DNA of 64,000 nt, from positions 682,001-746,000 of the forward strand of contig CM074819.1 of NCBI GenBank assembly GCA_037447605.1, read 5' to 3'. Numbering within the stretch: the first letter of the stretch is position 1; each line of letters opens with the position of its first letter. The notes beneath the pieces are model-generated. The model was given only the letters and a program-made list of their open reading frames with translations, made no database searches and was not told where the DNA came from. Source of the stretch: Zygnema circumcarinatum SAG 698-1b (Eukaryota > Plantae > Zygnematophyceae). Shown in pieces: positions 36,501 to 49,498 of this stretch. The position numbers and the translations under genes are program-made.

Positions 36501-36752
36501 TCCCCCATTTCCATCTCACTCTCCCATCCTACCCTCCTGCCAGTCCCCACCTTTCCCTCCTCCCTCTCCCTTTATCCCTCCCCATCTCTCGGCCACTCTA
36601 ACTTGATGTGGAAAACAAATAGAAGTTGAAACAAAAATTGGTAGTAGTGGACTCACCCACAATAGTGGCTGTCTGAGAGCAGCCGTTCCCATAGCCCCCC
36701 CGACAGGCCCCATTCAGTATGTGAGTGGGCGAGGGGCCAAGATGGGGAGAGG

Positions 36753-36800
<48 letters not shown>

Positions 36801-39280
36801 AAAACACTCCACCCGCCGGCTCAGCTTTGAGATTTTTTCAAACTTTTTTAGGGTTTCATTTGACGAAAGGAAAAGGAAGGGTTTCCTTCGATAAGAATCG
36901 TACAAGCAGCTTACCTTCCCTGTGCCCGGCGGCCCTGCAACAGAAGGAAACAAACGACGAGACTAAAAAGGTCAAACAGATAACGGAAGAAACAAAAATA
37001 AATACATAATAAAAATAGGGAATTAATATTTACACACTTTTTGTCTAGGTACACTCCATTTAAAAAAAAAAACTCAATACCATAAAAACCCTGAAATAAA
37101 ATCTGATCGGCCAAAAAAAGGTGTGTAAATAGCATTTTACTAAAAATATTAATCCATGCAAGTTAAAAAAAAAATTCCCCTCCCAATCCTCCCCTCCCCT
37201 CTCCCCTCCTCTCCCTCCCTCCCCCCTCCTCCCCCCCCTTCAGCATTGTGCTGCTCCCCGCTCACCCTGCACTAGGAGCACCCCCTCCTGCGCGCTGACG
37301 CACCACGACACCGTCAGCAGCTGCCGCGCATTCAGGCGCTGCCGCCACGTGTCCGCCAGCCCGGCCCGCCTCAGCGCGCCTGCCAGCTGGCACTCCAGCT
37401 CGGCCTCGTCCTCCGGCAGGCGCCGACACATGCGCTGAGCTGGCTGCGCCACGTGGCGCCGCAGACCAATGGGAGCGCTCTCCAGTGCCATCAGGGCAGC
37501 CCACGCGCGGCGGAGCGTCACCAGGTTTCCCAGAGGGACCACCACCAGCTGGGGGGGTTGGGTGGGGAGGGTCAGGGTTCAGGGTTTAGAGGCTAGGGTT
37601 TGCGGAGGGTTTACGGGTTAGGGTTCAGGGTTTTGTGGGCTTAAGGGTTTCCGGGGGCATAAATATATATACATATATATATATATGTATATTTGTATAT
37701 GTACATACTTTTTTCGGTGGTGCTGCTTACCGGGTTATCAGGTGGGAGGCAGCCATATCTCTCCATCAAGACTTTAACCCCTTTGCAGTTTTTCCCACCG
37801 CTCTCTCCCTCCGAAGTTACAAGCGCCAACACTCGAAATTCGGGGCTCCATTCCGGGTCCGTGAGGAGAGCAATATCTCCAATTTCCAGCTCCATTTCGA
37901 CACCCCCAACATGATAAATATTCAAGTGATGCAGACCCCCCATTCCCTCCATTTCCTGAAGGAGCCCTGCTCCATTGTTTTTCCATTTCCACCGAGCTCC
38001 AATATCGATCGGTTCAGCAGAATTTTCTGAACCTGCATAGGCGGAAAACTTCAACTTCAGTTCAAACTTCAACTCTAACTTTAAAGTGGACCCTCTCCCT
38101 CTCCCTCCCTCTCTCCCACCCTCTCAAGATCCCTCACTCCCTCACTGCACCTCCCTCTTCCTCTTCCTCCTGCCTGCCCCCCCCTCTCCCTCTCCCTCTC
38201 CCTCCCTCTCCCTCGTCCTCTCCCTCTCCCTCTCCCTCTCCCTCTCCCTCTCCCTCCCTCTCCCTCGTCCTCGTCCCCTCCCTCTCCCTCTCCCTCTCCC
38301 TCTCTCCCTCCCGCCCTTCGTCTCTATTTCCCTTTCCATACCAAGGTCATCCCTCCCCTCTCCCACAAACCCTAATGTACCCAAAACCTCCAAAGCCCCA
38401 CCTCTCACCTTCCCCACCACTCCCCTCCCTCTTTCCCCTTCGCCCAATGAGCTGCTGCCACGTGGACTCCATGACAGCTCGACACTCCTCTAGAATAAGC
38501 GTCTGCAGGGGCCCTCTGTACGCCTCCAAGTCCTTAAAAGAGAGAGGGAGGTCCCGCCCCTGCAGGAGCTCCACTCCCTCCTCCGCCATGGCGCCTTTGA
38601 GGGAGGCACCGAACCATGACCCGTGGAGCTGAAGGACGGTCCAGTCAAAGAGGGAGAGGGGGGGGATGAAGGAGGGGGAGGAGTCGAGGGGTGATATGGG
38701 AGTGAGGTGGGGGGGAGGGCGGGGAGGGACGGGCATGGTGAAAGAGGAGGGGGAGGGGGAGGGGAGGGGGAGTGGAAGGGAAAGATGGGGAGATGGGGAG
38801 GAGGAGAGAGGAGTGTGGAAGGGGAGAAGGGAGACGGGGGGGGGGGGGGGGGGGGGGGAAGAGGGGAGGTGGAGGACGAGAAGGAGGGGGGAAAAAGAAA
38901 GGAAGAGAAGGAAGAGATAGGAGGAAAGGCGGGTGAAGAACAAGAAAGAGACGAGAGAGAGAGACAGAGAGAGGGAGAGGGGGAGAGGGAGAGATGGGGA
39001 TGAGAAGAATTCGGAAACGAGACGGGAGAGAGGAAACAAAAAGCCGTCGAGTACGCCGCCTCAACTGCGCTCTCTCCTTGCCTCCCTCCCTCCCTCCCTC
39101 CCTCTCTTCCTCTCTCCCTCTTCCTCTCTCTCTCCTTCCCTCCCTCTCTCCCTCAATTTCTCCAAATTCAGACCTTCCCGCCCTTTTTTTTCCCCAAGAA
39201 AGTCCCCTTCAAGGCCTTACCTGTCCCCGTTCCAATTCCCTCCGTTCCATGCCCGGCGTAGTCCCCACTCTTTACTGTCT
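33587..39280 (-). CDS. SEN1/UPF1-like superfamily-1 helicase
   Basis: Exons 38409-~38630, 37731-38032, 37266-37548, 36915-36934, 36657-36672, 36251-36284, 35689-36014, 35492-35505, 34999-35107, 33587-34869. Motifs VQGPPGTGKT, LVCAPSNAALDE, VIVDEAAQ, LVGDHKQLPAT, QYRM, VITPY, TVDGFQGQE, RMNVALTRAK. The 5' exons near 39.0-39.3 kb are uncertain. Confidence 0.88.
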
Positions 39281-39473
39281 CCATGCGCCGTAAAACTGCA
39301 ACAGTTACGGGCACCAAAACATCATAGAGCCCCCGTTCCACTGTAACTCCGCATGTGTGAAACTTCCCGCCCCCGGGCCCCAATTTTGGCCGTTGCCGAG
39401 GCTTGTACCAACGTCCGTCATTGTACGGACATAGGTGTATGAGCGAACGTGTACAAACGTCAGTGTTAGGAAA

Positions 39474-39796
39474 GGAAAGTTCTATTTACAGTCACTTTTT
39501 TTCTGAAAACAGTCACATTTTTGCCGGGCAGCTTTTACAAAGGATTTTTTAGCGAAAAATGCTGTTTCATACTTTTGTAGAATAAATACAGACGTTTTTG
39601 TTGCGCCCTTTTACTTTGTAGATGCGCGCGCTTCGTAGATTCAAATCACCAGCCGTACACCCGACGAAAGAAGGTCTGCTATCTATTCTACAAACGTATG
39701 AAACAGCATTTTTCTCTAAAAAATCCAATATAAAAGCTGCCCGGCGGAAAAGTGACTGTTTTCAGAAAAAAAGGTGACTGTAAATAGAACTTTTCC
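39474..39796. mobile_element. Long-TIR MITE (GGAAAGTTCTATTTACAG family, Mutator-like)
   Basis: About 115-bp inverted arms; same terminus as elements at 50196, 50723 and 51821; no clear TSD. Confidence 0.8.
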
Positions 39797-40737
39797 AAGG
39801 TCTGACTCCCCCTACGAACACAAACGTTCGTCGTTGTACGGACATGATTGTACGAACGGCTACGGCTAGATGACAACGGCCTCAGGGGCAGCTCCGCGAT
39901 TTCCGTGGCGTCCGTACGACGGAATTTTGGCGAGGAGCTATCGGTCATGTCGGTGAGTCGGTGCCGTACACAAAAACAGCCAATGATAGGCCGTCACGTC
40001 AGCGTTTTTTCCCGGATGTTGGGAGAATAGGTGCCACGTCGGATGGCCGTGTCGGTGTCGGACGGGAGCGAGACGATTTATATAGAGGGAGGGAGGGGGA
40101 GAGAGAGGAGAGGCGGAGGAACAGAGGTGAGTGCGGGGGAGAGAGGGAGAGGGTGGAGGGTGGAGGGTGGAGGGAGAGGGAGGGAGAGGGAGAGAGGAAG
40201 AGAGGGAGAGGAAGAGAGGGAGGAGTGGGAGCGGGAGTGAGGGAGGAGTGGGAGAGGAGCGGGAGAGGGAGAGGAGTGAGGGAGGAGTGGGAGAGGAGCG
40301 GGAGAGGGAGAGGAGCGGGAGAGGGAGAGGAGCGGGAGAGGGAGAGGAGTGGGAGAGGAGCGGGAGAGGGAGAGGAGTGGAAGCGGGAGAGGAAGAGGAG
40401 AGGGAGAGGGAGGCGGGAGGAAGGAGGTAGTGGGAGAGGACGTGAATGGGGTTGGGAGAAGCACGCGACTTTTTTTGTGATTAGACAGAGGGGATAGAGC
40501 AGAGAGAGGGACAGGGAGAGGGGGAGGAGAGAGAGAGAGAGAGAGAGAGCATGAGTACAGAGATCACAGACATTGTACTCGTTTAATTTCTGACCCCCTT
40601 CACATCTTCTATATTTTTTAATTCTTTCTTTATTTGTTTTTTTATTTATTTTTTGCAGTTTACTGCCACATTCGAACTCGGCCTTGGAATCTTTCTCTTG
40701 AACCGACCAATCCTGTGCTGCCACGTGGCAACTTCAA

Positions 40738-43700
40738 ATGGCAAATATGGCAATCAGCGTAACGATTTTCAGCGCGTTCTTTTTTGTTCTTTTCTGCCCG
40801 GCGGTGACTGCGGGCAGACTTCCGGAAGCTTTTTCCGGCGAGAGCCAAAGTAATAAAGGTATGAACCTGGCCCACTTTCAGGGCTATGTTCATCTTCTTA
40901 TGGCAGTTAATGTAATTACTTAAAAAAAAAAATTACATTTACTTTTACTTCTCCTTTCCTGGTATTTCGTTTTTTTTTTTTTCCCTTTGGATGTCTGTGG
41001 TCCTTGTTTATTTTTTTTTGTTTTTTTTTTTAACTCTTACCATTGATTGGGTTTTGGAACTAAGAAATGATTTTTTTCCTTTCCTGCTTTGGGTGTGCAG
41101 TGGAAGCTCGGGAGACTCCCAAGTTGTCGAGCCATCATGGACTGGCCAATAACGTGAGGAGAACTCATGCCTGTTGGGAGAGGGAGAGGGAGAGGGAGGG
41201 TGAGGGGTAGAGGGTGAGAGGGTGAGAGGGAGAGAATGAGAGGGTTAGAGGGAGAGAAAATGAGAGGGTGAGAGGGAGAGAATGAGAGGGTGTGAGGGTG
41301 AGAGGGAGAGGGTGAGTGGGAGAGGGGGACGGTGAGAGGGAGGAGAAGAGGGTGAGAGGGAGGAGGGTGAGAGGGGGATGGCGAGGATGAGAGGGCGAGG
41401 CGGAGAGCGAGGGGAAAGGAAGCGGGAGAGAGAGCGAGAGAGGTCCGGAAGGAGTAATGAAAGAGAGAGAGGGGGAGAGATGCTGATATGTGTGCGATAT
41501 GGTACAGGCGAGCGCTGGGCCGGAGAGGAGGTCCCTCGCAGAGGGAAGGCGAGGAGACGGATTTTGGTCCGTAGAAGGGTCCAGATACTATGACGGAAAC
41601 GGAAATCAGGTACATAGAACATGGACCATCCACCTTTCTTTGCCTACTCAGTCGTTGGCCCTCACCTTTTTCGGTTTTTTGGACTGGGACTCTGTGATAT
41701 TGTGATATTGTGGTGGACAATGTCGGAGGCGGAAGGAGACAGACCCCTCTTCCTCTCTCTCTCCTCTTCCCCCTCCCCCTTTCCTCTATCTCTCTCTTAT
41801 TTTTCTTTGCCTCCGCCCTCCGTTTACACCCCCCTCCTCCTGCCCCCTCCTCCTACCTCCCTCACTCCCATCCGCTCGTCGCCGCCCTCCCACCAGCTCC
41901 CTGTCGTCCTTCCCTCTCCTTCTCCCCTTTCTCACCCTCCCCTCACTCCTCCTCCCCACTCATTCTTTCCCTTCCCCCACTCGCTCTTCCCCCCCCCACT
42001 CTCACTCTCTCCTTCCGACCCTCGCACTCTCCCCACCTCTCACTTTCGTCTTCCCCCTTCTCACTCTCCCCTCTTCCCCCTCCTCACTCTCTCCTTGCCC
42101 CTTCTCACTCTCCCCCTTCGCCCCTCTCACTCTCTCCTTGCCCCTTCTCACTCTCTCCCTTTCCCCCTCTCCGTCTCTCCTTCTCCTCTCCCACTCTCCT
42201 TCCCTTCTCCCACTGTCTTTCCCCTCTCTCATTCTCTCCTTCCGCCCTCTCACTCTCCTTTCCCCCTCTCACTCTCTCGTTCCCCCCCTCACTCTCCCCC
42301 TCCCCCCTCTCACTCTCTCCTTCCCCCCTCTCACTCACCCCCTCCTCTCACTCTCTCCTTCCCCCCTCTCACTCTCACCTTTGGGCCCCTTCCTTTGGGA
42401 GCACCTCCAGGTGTGGTTCGCGGGCGTGCAGTGGAGCGGGTTCGAAGTGGACGGCGTCGCCCACGGCCTGAACGTGCGCAGCTACAGGGACATGCTCCGC
42501 CAAATAGCGGGCCTCGGCTTCAACATGATCCGCCTCTCCTTCGCGGGGGAGACGCTCAAGCCGGACCTGTACCCCTCTGGGATCAACTACGGCATGAACC
42601 CGGACCTGCAGGTAGGGAGGGAGNNNNNNNNNNTACCATTGATTGGGTTTTGGAACTAAGAAATGATTTTTTTCCTTTCCTGCTTTGGGTGTGCAGTGGA
42701 AGCTCGGGAGACTCCCAAGTTGTCGAGCCATCATGGACTGGCCAATAACGTGAGGAGAACTCATGCCTGTTGGGAGAGGGAGAGGGAGAGGGAGGGTGAG
42801 GGGTAGAGGGTGAGAGGGTGAGAGGGAGAGAATGAGAGGGTTAGAGGGAGAGAAAATGAGAGGGTGAGAGGGAGAGAATGAGAGGGTGTGAGGGTGAGAG
42901 GGAGAGGGTGAGTGGGAGAGGGGGACGGTGAGAGGGAGGAGAAGAGGGTGAGAGGGAGGAGGGTGAGAGGGGGATGGCGAGGATGAGAGGGCGAGGCGGA
43001 GAGCGAGGGGAAAGGAAGCGGGAGAGAGAGCGAGAGAGGTCCGGAAGGAGTAATGAAAGAGAGAGAGGGGGAGAGATGCTGATATGTGTGCGATATGGTA
43101 CAGGCGAGCGCTGGGCCGGAGAGGAGGTCCCTCGCAGAGGGAAGGCGAGGAGACGGATTTTGGTCCGTAGAAGGGTCCAGATACTATGACGGAAACGGAA
43201 ATCAGGTACATAGAACATGGACCATCCACCTTTCTTTGCCTACTCAGTCGTTGGCCCTCACCTTTTTCGGTTTTTTGGACTGGGACTCTGTGATATTGTG
43301 ATATTGTGGTGGACAATGTCGGAGGCGGAAGGAGACAGACCCCTCTTCCTCTCTCTCTCCTCTTCCCCCTCCCCCTTTCCTCTATCTCTCTCTTATTTTT
43401 CTTTGCCTCCGCCCTCCGTTTACACCCCCCTCCTCCTGCCCCCTCCTCCTACCTCCCTCACTCCCATCCGCTCGTCGCCGCCCTCCCACCAGCTCCCTGT
43501 CGTCCTTCCCTCTCCTTCTCCCCTTTCTCACCCTCCCCTCACTCCTCCTCCCCACTCATTCTTTCCCTTCCCCCACTCGCTCTTCCCCCCCCCACTCTCA
43601 CTCTCTCCTTCCGACCCTCGCACTCTCCCCACCTCTCACTTTCGTCTTCCCCCTTCTCACTCTCCCCTCTTCCCCCTCCTCACTCTCTCCTTGCCCCTTC

Positions 43701-45503
43701 TCACTCTCCCCCTTCGCCCCTCTCACTCTCTCCTTGCCCCTTCTCACTCTCTCCCTTTCCCCCTCTCCGTCTCTCCTTCTCCTCTCCCACTCTCCTTCCC
43801 TTCTCCCACTGTCTTTCCCCTCTCTCATTCTCTCCTTCCGCCCTCTCACTCTCCTTTCCCCCTCTCACTCTCTCGTTCCCCCCCTCACTCTCCCCCTCCC
43901 CCCTCTCACTCTCTCCTTCCCCCCTCTCACTCACCCCCTCCTCTCACTCTCTCCTTCCCCCCTCTCACTCTCACCTTTGGGCCCCTTCCTTTGGGAGCAC
44001 CTCCAGGTGTGGTTCGCGGGCGTGCAGTGGAGCGGGTTCGAAGTGGACGGCGTCGCCCACGGCCTGAACGTGCGCAGCTACAGGGACATGCTCCGCCAAA
44101 TAGCGGGCCTCGGCTTCAACATGATCCGCCTCTCCTTCGCGGGGGAGACGCTCAAGCCGGACCTGTACCCCTCTGGGATCAACTACGGCATGAACCCGGA
44201 CCTGCAGGTAGGGAGGGGAGGGAGGAGGGAGGGAGGGAGGGAGGGAGGAGGGAGGGAGGGAGGGTGGGAGGGAGGGAGGGAGGGGAGGGGAGGGAGGGAG
44301 GGAGGGAGGGAGGGAGGGAGGGAGGGAGGGAGGGAGGGAGGGAGGGAGGGAGGAGGGAGGGAGGGAGGGAGGGAGGGAGGGAGGGAGGGAGGGAGGGAGG
44401 GAGGGAGGGAGGGAGGGAGAGGGAGGGAGGGAGGGAGGGAGGGAGGAGGAGGGAGGAGGAGGGAGGAGGAGGAGGAGGAGGGAGGGAGGGAGGGAGGTGT
44501 GAGCCCGCATCCGCATCTGTAGGTGGATTTTGTTGCTGCATGCTTCGGTGGAACTGGAAAGAGGTAGCGCTAAAAAGCAATGAAAAGTGAGTGACAGAGA
44601 ATGTGGGTAGATAGAGACATAGACAGACAGATAGAGAGAGGGAGGGGGTAGAGAGAGACACACAGACAGACAGACAGAAAGAGAGAGGCACACACTCACA
44701 TTCGCCGTGCTTGTGTGTGTACATGTGCAGGGCCTGAACTCTCTCGCGGTGATGGACAAGATCATTTCGGCGTGCGGCGAGGCGGGGCTGAAGGTGGTCC
44801 TGGACTACCACCGGCTGTACCTCACCTCCCACCCCGAGTGGGGGGTGTGGTTCGACGCTAACAACACGGAGGAGCTTTGGCTCTCCAATTGGGAGCACCT
44901 CGCGGCGAAGTATGCCGACAACCCAACGGTCATAGGGGTGAGCCCTCGACCTCGTTCACCCATGCATGCATGCATGCATTGGAGGGATGGGAGCATAGAC
45001 ATGAAGGAATGTTGGATGGGTACTAGATCAAGAAGAAGAAGAAGAAGACGAATTGACGAAGGGAATTTTTTTTTCACATTGATTAGTCTGTGCTCATGCT
45101 CGTCAGTCTAATGTCAAGATTTTGACGGGCTTGAATCTCGCTTATCGTCGCTAGTGCTCGGCTTAGTTCTGAATCTTCGATTAATCACTGAATATTGGAT
45201 TGAACACGCTTTTTTCTCTCCTTCGTATTCCATACAAAATTCTCTCTTGTGAAAGAAACTTTCTGGGATCGGCAGTCTGTGCTGTGCCACTTTGTATCAT
45301 AAAGTTATCCAATAATAAGTCAGTAACAACTCATAACTGATTTCCCTTCTTTTCTTAACCTCTATTTTTCCCATATTGAAATTCTTGTAGGCCGACCTCT
45401 TCAACGAGGTGCACAACAACACGGACCTTCCCGATGCGCCGGTCTGGAAACCGGAGGGGGTGGGGGAGCCCTACAACTGGCGGACAGCTGTGAAAAGGTA
45501 TTT

Positions 45504-45582
<79 letters not shown>

Positions 45583-46719
45583 AGAAATAATGTTTTCATT
45601 TCTACTCCCTTTTTGTTTTAGTTTTTCCATCCATCTTAAGTTTCTTTTTATCTTTTTTCTCTTCCAGCACTCACAAACTATTTGGAGACTCTGAAAAGAT
45701 TCTCTATCATCGTTTATGCTTACCGTTATCTCTCTCTCCCTCTCCCTCTCCCTCTGTTCAGCATCACTCTGCGCCACGAAAGTCAAGCGTAGAGCATTCT
45801 GTATTCATTTCCCGTTTCCTAAAATTTTTGGCTAATTCGTCTGTATTTTCTCTTTTCGCAGATGCGCGGACCGAATTCAGGCTGTGAACCCAAACATTCT
45901 GATCATCGTGGAGGGGATGTGGTACAACTCGTGGTGGGGGGGCAACCTCGGCTACTTCACCAAGCTGCTCCCGATCAGGCTCATGGTTCGTAAAACACTC
46001 AAAAAATAGCTCCAAAAATAACCCCAAAAACCCGAAAGGAAACAGGTCCTAAATTACCTGACACCCCTACATCCCAATGCTTCAAAGCTTCAAAGCATCA
46101 AATTCCCAATGCCCTGAACCTCCTTAAATCATCGAACCCCAAGAAAACCCATCTGACATTTGGGCCCTCCCTCTCCCTCTCCCTCTCCCCCCCCTCCCTC
46201 TCCATCTCCCTCTCCCTCTCCCTCAGATTTTGAAAAGCTGTTAGCCACTGATCCCATTTGAAGGTTGAACTCCTCTACTAAAATCCTGACTGTCTACGTG
46301 TATATATGTGTATGCAGGTCCAAAAGAAGCTCGTATACTCCGCCCACGACTACGGTCCCAACGTTTTCGATCAGCCCTGGTACAGAGTCCCCTCTTTTCC
46401 AGACAACCTTTACGGATATTGGGACAGAAGATGGGGCTATATTCACCAATTGGATCGAGTTCCGATATGGATCGGAGAGTGGGGTTCAGCGCTTAAGTGT
46501 TCCCTTGTCACCGACAAGTCTGATAGGGAAGTAGCTTGGGCCTATAAGATGAGGGATTACATTCGCGAATACAGGTTATCTCACACGTGGTTCAATTGGG
46601 GTCCGGATTCCCGCGACACGGGGGGCTTGCTGAAGGACGACTGGTGGAATGTGTGGGAGGAGAAAATGGAGCTCATCAGACCCATACTTTACCCCGATTT
46701 TGCGCTGCCTGCAGAGTAG
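40738..46719 (+). CDS. Secreted GH5 endoglucanase (bacterial GH5_1-like), 8 exons, 438 aa
   Basis: Exons 40738-40858 (signal peptide), 41101-41153, 41508-41609, 42411-42611 (exons 2-4 repeated at +1596), 44731-44937, 45391-45497, 45862-45985, 46318-46719. Motifs HGL..RSYRDML.QI..LGFN.IRL, DLFNE (acid/base), VEG..WWGGNL, LVYSAHDY, WIGEWG (nucleophile), DTGGLLKDDW. Confidence 0.92.
42634..44215 (+). repeat. Apparently identical duplicate of 41038-42623 across a 10-N gap (probable assembly overlap)
   Basis: Offset 1596 bp; translated ORFs are identical in both copies, including the microsatellite tracts. Confidence 0.85.
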
Positions 46720-48033
46720 GATTGGAGCAGTTTTAGCATTTTGTGGAGGGTGGGAAGAGAGGGGGGAGGGAGGTGTAGGTAGATTGTGTCATGCTTTGTT
46801 GGAGGTGATATGGAATCACGTAGAGAGAGAAAGGGGGGGGGAGAGAGAGGGGGGGAGGGAGGGAGTAGGGAGAGGGAGGGAGAGGGAGAGAGAACGAGTG
46901 TGAGAGAGAGGGAGGGAAATAGGGAGGGAGATGATTGATGAGGGATGCATGTACAGTATGGACAGCATGGAACATGAGGAAGGATGAGAGTGAGAGAGCA
47001 CAGGTGGATGCCGCCATGGCGGCTACATAGCCATAGCTCTTCCACTACTTCAGTGGAAACTTGTCAGAGGAAGCCGCTTACGCAGTCCTATATAAGAAGA
47101 GTACAGCGACGAGAGAGAGAGAGGGAGAGAGAGAGAGAGGCAGAGAGGACACAAGGATGAGGAGATGACCTTAATTATGAAAGCAAAAATATTGTAAAGA
47201 AGCTGTAGAACACACACAGTACAGACATATCAGCTTCAGCATGTTCATGTCATTCAAATTCCTTAAAAAATATATATCTGATATTTGACTGCAGCGTAAG
47301 CCCTCCCTGACTTTATACATTTTCAGGTTTGGGTGCTTCGTTTATTTCCTTCCCCCTTGTCCTCGCGCTCCCCTCGCCTCTCCCTCTGCCTCCTTACCCG
47401 CTCCTCTCTCCGCTTCCTCCGAGAATCCCTCTCTTCCTCCCTCACCCTCACTCCTCCTTCACTTCCTATACACTCCTGCCTCATCTCTCTCTCTCTCACA
47501 CAACCTCAACTTCTCCTTCTACCTCGCCCCCCCCCTACTCCCTCTCACTTCCTGCCTGCTATCCCTCTCCTTTCCTTCTCCTTCTCCTCCTCACTTCAAC
47601 GTTCCTTCTCTCCCATTCCCACTCCCTCTCTTCTCTCCCAGTCCCACTTCCTCACTTCTCCCACTCCCACTCCCTCTCTTCTTTCCTACTCCCACTCTCT
47701 CCCTTCTCTCCCACTCCCTCACTTCTCTCCCACTCCCACTGCCTCATTCCCACTCCCACTCCCTCACTTCTCTTCCACTCCCACTCCCACTCCCTCTCTT
47801 CTCTCCAACTCCCTCTCTTATTTCTTACTCCCACCCTCTCCCTCCTCTCCCACCACTCCCTCACTTCTCTCCCGCTCCCACTGGATCATTCCCACTCCCA
47901 CTCCCTCAATTCTCTCCAACTCCCACTCATTCTCTTCTCTCCCACTCCCACTCCTCTCCTCTCCCACTCCCACTCCCTCAATTCCTCCCTTGGTCCTGTT
48001 CCTTCTCTCTCCCACATTCTCTCTCTCCTATTA

Positions 48034-48672
48034 GGGGGAGTCAGACCTTGACCATCGCCAAATCAATTTCGTAAGCCTGTCGGGCGAATTCAGTATTGGA
48101 TAGGTACGCATTTCGGTACGGCTATGTACGGCGGAGCCTCGGATCCTGACCCGGAATTCGTACACGAAAGGATTGACTTTTAGTAAAAGGAATTCGGGAA
48201 TTTCGTAAGCGATGGTCAAGGTCTGAGGGTCAGTTTCCATCAGCCCGTTTCGTAACGAGCTCATTACGGTCCACGTAGGACGCCGTTTTGCAGATAAAAA
48301 GACGAGTTCCATCAAAACGCCGTTTTCCAATCAGCGATCGCCACGTGCACGATTTGCAGCGTCCGCCGTGGCCCACTGCGGTTACCGTACGCGCGTCGCT
48401 GCCGACAGTTTTTTAGGGTTTGCAGGAGGCTTCCAGCCAACGTGGCAGTCGCACGCTGGCGTATCTTTGGTAGCCACGTGGCGGCACGCGAATGGTCGTA
48501 ATGGCGTTACACCCCCTTCTTCGGACCGTCCTGGGGAACGGTGCCTCGTTACCACGTGGCAGCCACGTCGGCGCCACGTTGGTGGAAACGGCCTGATGGA
48601 ACCCATGGGTCGTCGTCCATTACGACGCCACGTCGGAATAACGGGCTGATGGAAACTGACCCTGACTCCCCC
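48034..48672. mobile_element. GGGGGAGTCAG-family MITE whose right TIR is interrupted by a nested element
   Basis: Left TIR at 48034; right TIR split as GGTCAAGGTCTGA|insert|TGACTCCCCC. Confidence 0.8.
48227..48662. mobile_element. PIF/Harbinger-like MITE with TGA TSD
   Basis: TIR GGGTCAGTTTCCATCAGCCCG; TGA at 48224-48226 and 48663-48665. Confidence 0.9.
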
Positions 48673-48695
48673 TGACTGACCCTGACTGGCCCTTA

Positions 48696-49011
48696 GGGTG
48701 GGGGTCCATCAGCGTTTGCCTGTACCGCCACATCGGATCATGAGTCATGAAGGGAGAATTGCGGGTTCCATTAGAGGTCGCGCGAGCAAATCAGCGGACG
48801 CCAATCAGCGGATCTTCAACGCCACGCGGCGGCGCACGATTGGAAAACTTAGGCGTAGTTCCCCAGAACCCACCTCAGGAGGTGGGTTCTGGGGGAACTA
48901 CGCCTGTACCTCCACGTCGGTCCTAGTCGGCTCCACGACGGCGCCACACCATCCTCCAAAACTACGCCTGTACCTCCACGTCGGCGAGAAAACGCTGATG
49001 GACCCCCACCC
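48696..49011. mobile_element. PIF/Harbinger-like (Tourist) MITE with TTA TSD
   Basis: TIR GGGTGGGGGTCCATCAGCG; TTA at 48693-48695 and 49012-49014. Confidence 0.9.
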
Positions 49012-49014
49012 TTA

Positions 49015-49147
49015 GGGGGTGTCAGACTTAAAAATTGTTCGTAAGTTTGAGACCAGAACGAGTACTTCGGTGACATCGCAATCCTGGTGCGGCGGAGTAC
49101 TTACAAAACTTTTTTGTTCGTAAGATTTCGTTAAGTCTGACACCCCC
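49015..49147. mobile_element. Small MITE, TIR GGGGGTGTCAGACTTAA
   Basis: 17-bp inverted ends flanked by TA; starts directly after the TSD of the preceding element. Confidence 0.75.
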
Positions 49148-49171
49148 TATTGCCGCCACCCCTCCGTCTCA

Positions 49172-49495
49172 GGGTGGGGTTCCATCAGCCCGTTATTCCG
49201 ACGTGGCGTCGTAATGGACGACGACCCATGGGTTCCATGAGGCCGTTTCCGCCGACGTGGCGCCGACGTGGCGCCACGTGGTAACGAGGCACCGTTCCAC
49301 AGGATGCTGCTCCGGAGGTGGTGTAACGCCATTACGACCATTCGCGTGCCGCCACGTGGCTACCGAAGATCCGCCAGCGTGCGACTGCCACGCTGGCCAA
49401 CGGCGTTCTGATGGAACTCGTCGTTCCATCTGAAAACGGCATCCTACGTGGACCGGAACAAGCTCGTTACGAAACGGGCTGATGGAAACCCACCC
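49172..49495. mobile_element. PIF/Harbinger-like MITE, inverted relative of 48227-48662, TCA TSD
   Basis: Ends GGGTGGGGTTCCATCAGCCCG / CGGGCTGATGGAAACCCACCC; TCA at 49169-49171 and 49496-49498. Confidence 0.88.
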
Positions 49496-49498
49496 TCA

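Noticed and set aside
41038-44215. Tandem duplication of GH5 exons 2-4 as a real domain duplication
   Set aside because: The copies appear identical even through unstable microsatellites and meet at a 10-N gap, which is typical of an unmerged contig overlap.
45508-45578. (AT)n tract giving YIYIYI ORFs
   Set aside because: Ordinary intronic microsatellite.
46990-47110. Possible small ncRNA gene (GCCGCCATGGCGGC palindrome, TATATAA)
   Set aside because: No recognisable snRNA, snoRNA or tRNA motifs.
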